A stretch of DNA of 64,000 nt from a virus. Lineage: Duplodnaviria > Caudoviricetes. Positions 27,494 to 35,173 of the stretch are shown piece by piece; positions within the stretch are counted from its first letter, which is position 1, and every line of letters starts with the position of its first letter. The DNA lies in IMG/VR virus record IMGVR_UViG_3300027708_000015; one strand, written 5' to 3'. The notes beneath the pieces are model-generated. The model was not told the origin of the DNA. It was given only the letters and a program-made list of their open reading frames with translations, and ran no database searches. Both the position numbers and the translations under genes were made by a program.

Positions 27494-29200
27494 TTAAACC
27501 TCAAATAGTGATTCGTTTAAGATTGGTTTTGTAGGTTCTTTGACAACTTTTTCCATAGTCAAGTCTCCTTCAAATTCGATATGCACATTGGCCATGGTGG
27601 TTGCATTAGTGATACGATCACCAGTATTGCCTCTAGTACCGATAATACGATCAAAATAGCCTTCGTAGTGTTCTACTACATCCATTGCATCTTTTCTATT
27701 ATCCATGCTAAAGATCAAATCAACAATGTCTTTGAACTTGTTGGGTAATGGACTATAGTCCATAGTTCTACCTTCTGCTGTGGTAGCACTCATCATTGCT
27801 GGAATACAACCTAGGTCGCTTTGACGATTGGCTTCTTGTACAGCATTAATATGCATCCAAACATTATGCCCCATCATGATAGCATAAGTGAAGCTATCCC
27901 AACTGGTACGTCCTTCTTTACCAACTTTGTTTACATCGCCTGGTGCGTAGATACAAATTTCCTTCATTTGTATTTGATCCATGATAGGACTAGATTCAAA
28001 CTTGTCAAATATGCCATCTTGTACCACTGCATCTTTGAACAGTCTAGTATCCGACGAATACTTTTTATCATCAGCTGATGCTTGCATACGATACACCCAT
28101 TTGTCTGCTGGCGGCGTTTCTGTAGCCATATAAATCTGTCCATTGGCAGTTGCTAAGAATGGACTAGCACAGTCGAAACTGATAGTAAAGTCTGGATTAT
28201 GATACTTGCGTACAGCACGTTGGATATCTGTTAGTAGCACTGCCCATTCTAATTTACTGGTACCTAAAAAGTGCATCCAATCTTGGTGTCCTTGTTCCAA
28301 CAATCCATCAAAGCGCAGTGCTACTAATCGTTTGAGAATCAAGTGAACATCACACATGTTTTGTCCACCCATACCCCAACCGTTGAATGGCTTGTCGTAT
28401 TTGGTTGGATCGCAAAAGTCTTTCATTTGCTGATACCAATCTTCTGCTTGTGTGTGACTCTCACCTTGTAGCACGTTCAAAAACTTACATGCACCTGTAC
28501 GATTTTTAATAAAGTATTCATTATTGTACTTGGTAGCATCTGCGGCCTGCTGATATGTTTCTATGCCTGTGGCCTTGCGTCCTTCTGGACTGCGTTCTAC
28601 CCAAGCTGGAATATCAAGAACCATTCCGTATTCCATGTAAGCATCCATCCATGCCAGCACTTGTTCACGTTTTTTCTGTGCGGCATCGAGTCTGGCTTGA
28701 TACAGTTTAGGATGATCTACTTTGGTAAATTTAGGATTACCATTTTTATCAGTCTTTGGATGGCCTGTAGGATGTAATTGCGGAACCAGTTCAACACCTA
28801 AGGCATTAACTTCGGCCCACTTAGCGGCAACTTCGGGTCCAGTAGGGTCTCGCCATTCGCCTTCCCACACACCTTTACCAATCTGGAATCCGCCTGAATC
28901 TCCAACTACCCAACTAGTGGAGCGATCTCGATTACGGAACATATCTTCACTGTCGTCCTTCTTAGTCATGTCTAAGTTAGCATGACCTGCTGAGTACAAG
29001 CAATGATCATAGTAGAATATCGCATTGGGATTGAGATAGTTCATAGCTTCAATTCCTAACGGTCCAAAACTTGCCGGAATACGAGCTGGATCTACATACG
29101 GTCCAAAACGTTGTTTGCCTATGAACGTACTATAAAACCCAGACGTAGCTGGCAAAAAGTACGCATAGTCCGATTGAGTTGCTGTTAAATTTTTATTCAT
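27494..29200 (-). CDS. dpdA: tRNA-guanine-transglycosylase-like protein, probable DNA 7-deazaguanine insertase
   Basis: TGT catalytic motifs GDSGGFQIG, MVLD, VLQG, G.GMGG, HFLG, FDCAS; no clear CxCxxC Zn site; clustered with folE, queE and QueD-like genes. Confidence 0.75.
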   Translation of the reverse strand: MNKNLTATQSDYAYFLPATSGFYSTFIGKQRFGPYVDPARIPASFGPLGIEAMNYLNPNAIFYYDHCLYSAGHANLDMTKKDDSEDMFRNRDRSTSWVVGDSGGFQIGKGVWEGEWRDPTGPEVAAKWAEVNALGVELVPQLHPTGHPKTDKNGNPKFTKVDHPKLYQARLDAAQKKREQVLAWMDAYMEYGMVLDIPAWVERSPEGRKATGIETYQQAADATKYNNEYFIKNRTGACKFLNVLQGESHTQAEDWYQQMKDFCDPTKYDKPFNGWGMGGQNMCDVHLILKRLVALRFDGLLEQGHQDWMHFLGTSKLEWAVLLTDIQRAVRKYHNPDFTISFDCASPFLATANGQIYMATETPPADKWVYRMQASADDKKYSSDTRLFKDAVVQDGIFDKFESSPIMDQIQMKEICIYAPGDVNKVGKEGRTSWDSFTYAIMMGHNVWMHINAVQEANRQSDLGCIPAMMSATTAEGRTMDYSPLPNKFKDIVDLIFSMDNRKDAMDVVEHYEGYFDRIIGTRGNTGDRITNATTMANVHIEFEGDLTMEKVVKEPTKPILNESLFEV

Positions 29201-29438
29201 CTTTTGTCTTTACCCACATTTCGTAGTATGGATCATATCTCCACCCTTCTGGCGGTTCACACGGATCATAGTTTTGTGGATGTGTAAATGGCGTTTTCGC
29301 AGGTGAGTGTCGTTTTTTATATCCTGTTCGAATATAGTCACGCACTAACTCGTCTGCGTATTGATCCGCCCAAGTGCTTTCCTGTATAATCATTTGATCC
29401 AGTGCTGTGCTAGAACCATTAAGCTCAACCATGCCCAC
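29193..29438 (-). CDS. Hypothetical protein
   Basis: C-terminal PPEGWRYDPYYEMWV; start uncertain. Confidence 0.45.
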   Translation of the reverse strand: MGMVELNGSSTALDQMIIQESTWADQYADELVRDYIRTGYKKRHSPAKTPFTHPQNYDPCEPPEGWRYDPYYEMWVKTKDE

Positions 29439-29743
29439 ATGGTATTAAATCCTACCAGCGTGGGCAATGCTTTTTTACGGCTTGCCCAAATAAGTGTTAC
29501 GCTGGTTAGCAGTGTTAGGTAATACAATTCCCATATTTGAATACCAAAGATTAAACCTGGGATAATGATGATGGCTTTGGCCAACCAACTGACAAATTCT
29601 ACAGTATTATATCCTGTCCAGTATTCTCGTGTAAACCACATACCGTAACATTCTCTCATATTGCGCCATCCAGTATGCGTATAGCAAATAGCCATCAATA
29701 CTAACCATACACCTACTGCTAAAAAAATTTGATCTTGTGTCAT
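29390..29743 (-). CDS. Small multi-pass membrane protein
   Basis: 117 aa with 3-4 hydrophobic helices. Confidence 0.6.
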   Translation of the reverse strand: MTQDQIFLAVGVWLVLMAICYTHTGWRNMRECYGMWFTREYWTGYNTVEFVSWLAKAIIIIPGLIFGIQIWELYYLTLLTSVTLIWASRKKALPTLVGFNTMWAWLSLMVLAQHWIK

Positions 29744-29943
29744 TCTATTTTACCCCATTTAATTTTAAGCCAGATTCTTTCATGTATATAATAATCTATA
29801 CTTAGGAGAATATGTAGCACAGTGGCAAATCCTGTAGCACTTCCTAAGTCTCCTGTGAACAAGTATGTCCACAGGATTGTGAATACCCATGCTGTTAAGC
29901 GATAGGTAATCATTCTCACAACTGTTCGTTTACGTGTTTCCAT
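29740..29943 (-). CDS. DUF2061-like small membrane protein
   Basis: MET.KRT..R.ITYR…YYIHERIW.KIKWG pattern. Confidence 0.7.
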   Translation of the reverse strand: METRKRTVVRMITYRLTAWVFTILWTYLFTGDLGSATGFATVLHILLSIDYYIHERIWLKIKWGKIE

Positions 29944-30674
29944 TATTTGCTTTGCGCTGGCAGGATATATTCGTATACAGCAACTCCACTGTCAATAGTG
30001 ATAGCCAATGCACCTGCATCTGCAATCTTCATAGTGATATCGCCTGACAGTGCCAAAATTGCTTGCACAGCATTAACTGGCCATGACCATGTTTGCTTTA
30101 GCTTGCCTGTAATCCCACTTTGGAAAGTAAATGATCCTGCGTGTGTGCTGGCGTCGCCGAAACTAAACACTAGATTGCTACCATTCGTGGACACTTGGAA
30201 CACCTGTTCTTCAGTATGTGCCGCCGCCTGATACTTCAAGCGTTGGATACTTGATACAGTAGGCTCAAATTCAACTTCCCAACTTGTTCCTTTGAACTTG
30301 ACAGTCTTGAGTTTTTCATTGATCACATCTTGATTCATAAAACGATAGTCGTTTTCAAAGTCACCAGTTGCATTTTGAAAATGCAAACCTGTTGGAATAT
30401 CTTCACCATTGCGTTGTTGTTTTACAACCTTGATGCCGGCACCTTCTTTGTATTCTGGACATTTCAAATGCAAGTCTAGCTTGTTCAAATTAGGCATACC
30501 AAATGTGCCTTCAAGTCCGTCGATTGGATTGTGTGATTTGGCATTAAGGATAACTGAACGGTCTTCAGCAAGCGATTCTATAGTGGTTGCTTTTGAGCTG
30601 GATGTTACCTTGACCAAAGGTAAGAAGCCCAAACTGTGTGTATGTGCTACTAGGTCTTGTAAAAAGTCTTTCAT
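29943..30674 (-). CDS. Probable DNA sliding clamp (gp45-like)
   Basis: 243 aa, beta-rich two-domain pattern ending YEYILPA; next to the DNA polymerase; clamp loader at 55225. Confidence 0.55.
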   Translation of the reverse strand: MKDFLQDLVAHTHSLGFLPLVKVTSSSKATTIESLAEDRSVILNAKSHNPIDGLEGTFGMPNLNKLDLHLKCPEYKEGAGIKVVKQQRNGEDIPTGLHFQNATGDFENDYRFMNQDVINEKLKTVKFKGTSWEVEFEPTVSSIQRLKYQAAAHTEEQVFQVSTNGSNLVFSFGDASTHAGSFTFQSGITGKLKQTWSWPVNAVQAILALSGDITMKIADAGALAITIDSGVAVYEYILPAQSK

Positions 30675-30694
30675 ATGATTCTCCGTGTTTAATG

Positions 30695-30723
30695 ATTATA
30701 TAGGGTTTGTGTGACTATGTCAA
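30695..30723 (-). promoter_or_regulatory. Consensus sigma70 promoter TTGACA-17-TATAAT
   Basis: Perfect boxes upstream of the clamp gene, overlapping the dehydrogenase stop. Confidence 0.8.
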
Positions 30724-31491
30724 TGTTTTTCTTATCTTCTTGTTGTATTTTATTGCCGATTCTACCAGGGTATTTGATACAGATAGCTTATCGGCGTACT
30801 GTATAAATGCGTTTATGTCTTTGGGAAAGCAAGCACCCCCAAATCCTCGAGCTCCGTCTGGTCCCGGAACTTGCATATGACTACGTCCAATTCGATCGTC
30901 TAATTGTAGTAGACCAACAACAGTGGCATAATCTATATTGTCTGCTTGACACATATCATATAGTTGATTAAAAAATGTAACTTTGATACTGAGAAACGCA
31001 TTAATGGTATATTTCATCATGGCCGCTTCACCCAATGTGCAATAGAACGCTGTTTTCAACTTTGGCAGAGACTGTCTGAATAGGCTGTGCCAAAATCCAT
31101 TAGGATCATCACCGCCTAGAATCATATTTTGTTGATTAGCAAAGTCTTGATCGGCAGTGGCCGCACGTAGAAATTCTGGACTGTAACATATTTTATGATT
31201 GGGGTAGTCTTTGACCAGTTTATTTAGGTAATCCGGCCTCACAGTGGATTTAATCAGTACAGGTATATGACTGGGTGTTTGATCCATTACATCATAAATT
31301 TGGCTAGTATCACAATCACCCAGTACTGTACTGGGTGTGCTGACACAAATTATAACGCCATCGGCATCTGGATAATCTTTTACTGTTTGCGTACTTATTT
31401 TTGGATCAACAACATATACTGTGTTTGTTTTATCTATAGCAGTAGCAACTGCTTTGCCCACAAATCCATAACCTGCAATTATAATTTTCAT
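30715..31491 (-). CDS. Short UDP-glucose/GDP-mannose dehydrogenase-family protein (lacks the usual C-terminal domain)
   Basis: MKIIIAGYGFVG Rossmann motif, ICVSTP, IKSTV, YSPEFL, KYTINAFL, catalytic GFGGACFPKD. Confidence 0.8.
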   Translation of the reverse strand: MKIIIAGYGFVGKAVATAIDKTNTVYVVDPKISTQTVKDYPDADGVIICVSTPSTVLGDCDTSQIYDVMDQTPSHIPVLIKSTVRPDYLNKLVKDYPNHKICYSPEFLRAATADQDFANQQNMILGGDDPNGFWHSLFRQSLPKLKTAFYCTLGEAAMMKYTINAFLSIKVTFFNQLYDMCQADNIDYATVVGLLQLDDRIGRSHMQVPGPDGARGFGGACFPKDINAFIQYADKLSVSNTLVESAIKYNKKIRKTLT

Positions 31492-31492
31492 A

Positions 31493-34162
31493 TTAGAACT
31501 CAAATAATGAATTAAAAGTATTCTTTTCTTCTGTACTGGCAACATCCCATTTGAGAACACCAATCAAGTTATCTAGTTTATTATCAATAATGGTCTGTTC
31601 CATTTCTGCATGATCAAACGGCAAGTCTTTGAACCATTGTGGCAGTCGTAGTTCATCTACAGGATATGCAACTGATGTAAAGCCCAGGGGGTTGGGTTTG
31701 AGTTTACACACAATAACCTTGGCACCGTCGGTAATGGCCATTGAATACTTGTCATCATACATGCGCTTGAGTGTGTTCCAGTTGATACTGGCACGAACAT
31801 GTCCAGGCATGTTGGCTTTGCCCTGTTTCTTTTCCTTGGCCTGATACTCTGTGATGTTGTTGGCACGTTTAGGACTACCTTTTTCCCAACCTGGTCGAGC
31901 TTTGAATTTGATACGGAATTCGCTGATATGGTCAAGCACTTCCTGTTCAGGCTTGCCCATCAATACCATTTCAAGAACATCGCTTAAAAAGTTTTGAATA
32001 AATTCCGGAGTGTCACTGCGCTTCAAATCCAAGCCCATGGCTTTGATCTTGCCAGGCTTGCCATCTATATCCTGACGTTTACCTTCTTTGTCATATGACA
32101 GCACTGCATAACGCTTCTTGGTAATAAACAAGCCTTTGAGAGCAACAATCTCGCGACCAGCTTTGATAACATCACCACGCGATTTAGGCACATGAAATGC
32201 GTCCAGCATAAACTGCGGGAATGTTTGATTGACTTCGTCACCTATTTGATCATACAGTTGGATCACAGTTTCTTTTGTCCAAGGAATCAGTCCAGCTTCG
32301 ATGTCTTTTTGTAGTGTTTTGTAAGCTGAGAAGTAACAGGAGTCAGTGTCACCATAGATAACTGCCTTACCTATGTGATTGTATTCGCCTGTTACAATTT
32401 CATTTACTTTACTCGCCATATGTTTTGCGATTTGGCGCCCGACCAGCGTTGTTGATTGTCCGATTCGTTTATCAAAGAATCTGCAACCGCTGTTAAGAAT
32501 AGCACCGTACAGGCTATTAAGATTAATTTTCTTAACAAGCTGTCGCTTATCCCAGTATTCTTCTTCGACTTTGTTTCCTGCATTGATAGACTCCTTTAGT
32601 TTGGCCTGCATCTCTTTACGTTCTGCATACCAGCGTTTAAGTAGCCCCGGAATGATACCTTCATTTTCGTGACTGAAGATAGTGCCATTACTTGAAAGCA
32701 TCCAGGGCTGATTGCTTTCAAATATCAATCTATATACTTCTGCGGCACTGATCACATCGACATCACCGTTTTCCCAATCAATAGTGATGTCAGTGCCAAT
32801 TTCTTGATTCATCACTGATTCGTATTCATGTGTGCCGAACTTGCCTTCCCACGCGGCCGCAAAACTCTTGTTCTGCGCCATCTTGAGTTCAATGTATTCG
32901 TCAGTGCGTGTTTGACGTAGCTGTCCAATAATGGTTTCTGGACCCATGTTGAGTGCTCTAATGGCGCTGGGATAAAGACTGTTGATGTCTAGTGAGCCGA
33001 TCCAATCTTGCAATCCTTCTTTGGGATGTGCCACATAAGCACCAGCTGCCGCTGTGTTCTCATCTCTATCGTCTTTCTTGATACGATTGGGAACAACAAA
33101 TCCTCTGCGGTGAGCTTCATTGATAATGGCCTGCTCGGTCACAGCCACAGCACCCATTGTGGTTTGTAGCAACACAGTATTTTCATGTGCCAATGTATTG
33201 GCTAGATCCATGAACTTGAGTTTCTTATCTAATTTTTCAAGAAGCATACAGTCGTTGATGTTGTATTCAACGAACGTTTTAAAATCGTTGTTGTACAGTT
33301 GATCCAGTGTGCCTTCGTACTGTGTTTTGCGCTCACCCAGTTCATATTCTGCGATAGCATCTAGCCTGTAGGTGTGACGTTCTTCATAGGTGTACTTGCG
33401 ATACAGTTCAAGGTAGTCTAGATGTACACGACCAATGTAGTCATAGGTCACACTGTCACGACCGTATTTTTCATATTCTCTGCGTTTGGGAAATTGATCG
33501 AATAAACAAAACCTACGTGTGTCTTCTTTGCTCAGTGCTTTGACTACACGGTTAGTGGTATAGGGAATATCAAAGCCTTCCGAGTTCCAGCCACTGATAA
33601 CATCTGCATCTTTGATCAGATCCAAAAACATGTCCAGCAAGTCAGCTTCTTTTTCAAACAGGTACGTGTTGGGAAAGTCTTTGACCATCTCCTTGGCATC
33701 TTCCATCTTGAGACCCTTGGGCGGAATAGCTAGACAAACCATAGTTTCCATCCATTGTAGGTAAACCGCAATGGCAGTAATGGGCATAAATGCATCATCT
33801 GGCGATGCATAGCCACGCTCGGGATCAAAGTCTACCTCAATATCGAAAAATGCCACATTGAGTTTGGGAGGATCTGCGTTGAGATAATTTTCTGACAGGG
33901 TAACAAATATGGGATTGATGTCTGCTTCATACAGAGTCTTGCCACTGTTGATGGCTTGTTCTTTACGAAGTTCTTTGGTATTTTTACAAACGATCCGTTG
34001 TACAGGATCTCCGTATATGGAGGTGTGTTTGCCTCTAGGATCTTTTACATAGAAAGTGTGACGAACAGGAATATCACGGAACTCCCTTTCACCTTTCTTG
34101 TTGCGTTCAACGATCTTGATGATGTCGTTGTCGCGGTCAAACCATGCGTCTACGTAAGACAT
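31493..34162 (-). CDS. polB: Family B DNA polymerase with 3'-5' exonuclease
   Basis: FFDIEV (ExoI), WNSEGFDIPY (ExoII), SLDINSLYPS, KINLNSLYG, YGDTDS, KKRYA. Confidence 0.97.
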   Translation of the reverse strand: MSYVDAWFDRDNDIIKIVERNKKGEREFRDIPVRHTFYVKDPRGKHTSIYGDPVQRIVCKNTKELRKEQAINSGKTLYEADINPIFVTLSENYLNADPPKLNVAFFDIEVDFDPERGYASPDDAFMPITAIAVYLQWMETMVCLAIPPKGLKMEDAKEMVKDFPNTYLFEKEADLLDMFLDLIKDADVISGWNSEGFDIPYTTNRVVKALSKEDTRRFCLFDQFPKRREYEKYGRDSVTYDYIGRVHLDYLELYRKYTYEERHTYRLDAIAEYELGERKTQYEGTLDQLYNNDFKTFVEYNINDCMLLEKLDKKLKFMDLANTLAHENTVLLQTTMGAVAVTEQAIINEAHRRGFVVPNRIKKDDRDENTAAAGAYVAHPKEGLQDWIGSLDINSLYPSAIRALNMGPETIIGQLRQTRTDEYIELKMAQNKSFAAAWEGKFGTHEYESVMNQEIGTDITIDWENGDVDVISAAEVYRLIFESNQPWMLSSNGTIFSHENEGIIPGLLKRWYAERKEMQAKLKESINAGNKVEEEYWDKRQLVKKINLNSLYGAILNSGCRFFDKRIGQSTTLVGRQIAKHMASKVNEIVTGEYNHIGKAVIYGDTDSCYFSAYKTLQKDIEAGLIPWTKETVIQLYDQIGDEVNQTFPQFMLDAFHVPKSRGDVIKAGREIVALKGLFITKKRYAVLSYDKEGKRQDIDGKPGKIKAMGLDLKRSDTPEFIQNFLSDVLEMVLMGKPEQEVLDHISEFRIKFKARPGWEKGSPKRANNITEYQAKEKKQGKANMPGHVRASINWNTLKRMYDDKYSMAITDGAKVIVCKLKPNPLGFTSVAYPVDELRLPQWFKDLPFDHAEMEQTIIDNKLDNLIGVLKWDVASTEEKNTFNSLFEF

Positions 34163-34238
34163 ATACTTTCTTCTCCATGCAATTTACGGCTTGCAAACAC
34201 CATCTTTGCTGTTTATGGCCAGCGGGCCTTACATTTAT

Positions 34239-34823
34239 TTACTCTGCAAATCCAGCAGTGAATTTTTCTGGCAATGTGTTGAATGAAATAGTAATTCTAG
34301 TAGCATTGCCGTAATGTCCGTCTGTATAGTGTTGTACATAACTTGGAAAAATCACCATTAACCCCTGCTTTGGTGTTATAGTAAGTCTATCAAAATTATT
34401 GACAATTGGAATCTCTATACTTGACAAGCTTCTAGCGTACACTGGGTCTAGGAATTTAGTATCTGCACCTTCACTGATGTAAATTATTCCACTCCACAAC
34501 GAGTTAGGATGTCTGTGTACTGAATGCCCACCACCACTTCCGGCTAGTGAAATATTTGCCCACATTCTAGAAATTTTAATTTTTCCAAAATTTTGATCAT
34601 GTATTTCATAATCTTGAATCTCTTGCAAACATAAATTCACCCAATCGACCAAAAACTTCCAACTAGGATCTTTGTGCAATTCTTGATTATATGTTTGATT
34701 CAAACTGGGGTAGTTATGACTAATGCCGTTAGGCTCCGAAGCCAGTTTAATGTTAACTGCCTCGGAAATTTCAGGATTAGTGAAAGAATAAAATGATACA
34801 GGAAAACAGTTACTAACTTCCAT
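34239..34823 (-). CDS. 2OG-Fe(II) oxygenase-like protein
   Basis: MWAN..HSVHRHPNSLWSGIIY..MVIFPSYVQH..RITISFN. Confidence 0.8.
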   Translation of the reverse strand: MEVSNCFPVSFYSFTNPEISEAVNIKLASEPNGISHNYPSLNQTYNQELHKDPSWKFLVDWVNLCLQEIQDYEIHDQNFGKIKISRMWANISLAGSGGGHSVHRHPNSLWSGIIYISEGADTKFLDPVYARSLSSIEIPIVNNFDRLTITPKQGLMVIFPSYVQHYTDGHYGNATRITISFNTLPEKFTAGFAE

Positions 34824-35080
34824 TAGATTTTTTTGGTAATATCTAAAATAGCTTCAATTTCTGCCCAGTCTTCATTGTGACTGGTCCAATCGCCTTTGTG
34901 TGCAATCTTGATAGCACGGTTGATAACTGATGGCTTGATTTGTAATTCTTCTGCCACTGCCTTGACTGTTTCTTTTAGGCCTTCTGATAGGTCTTCTACT
35001 TCACGAAGTACTGTAGATCCTTCGTTGATCAATCGTTCTAGTTTTGCCTTTTCTTCTGGCCCGTAATTGCGTCCTGACAT
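34823..35080 (-). CDS. Small helical protein, possibly dsDNA-binding (DsbA/GapR-like)
   Basis: 85 aa, LKETVKAVAEELQIKPSVINRAIKIA pattern; assignment from recall. Confidence 0.45.
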   Translation of the reverse strand: MSGRNYGPEEKAKLERLINEGSTVLREVEDLSEGLKETVKAVAEELQIKPSVINRAIKIAHKGDWTSHNEDWAEIEAILDITKKI

Positions 35081-35101
35081 GAATTATCTCCTATATTGCC
35101 T

Positions 35102-35130
35102 ATTATATACTAATTATCTGTACTTGTCAA
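35102..35130 (-). promoter_or_regulatory. Consensus sigma70 promoter TTGACA-17-TATAAT heading the replication operon
   Basis: Perfect boxes. Confidence 0.8.
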
Positions 35131-35143
35131 ATTTTAGAGGTGG

Positions 35144-35169
35144 AAATGGCAGAAATTAATCTGCCATTT
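35144..35169 (-). terminator. Hairpin (10-bp stem AAATGGCAGA/TCTGCCATTT) after the 844-aa gene
   Basis: Perfect inverted repeat 5 nt after the stop; weak U tail. Confidence 0.55.
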
Positions 35170-35173
35170 GACT

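Noticed and set aside
27494-29200. Ordinary tRNA-modifying Tgt
   Set aside because: Much longer than bacterial Tgt, no clear CxCxxC Zn site, and in a phage replication context with folE/queE, which fits DpdA better; tRNA activity is not formally excluded
31493-34162. Intein or intron in the DNA polymerase
   Set aside because: 889 aa with all PolB motifs at normal spacing; no splicing motifs seen
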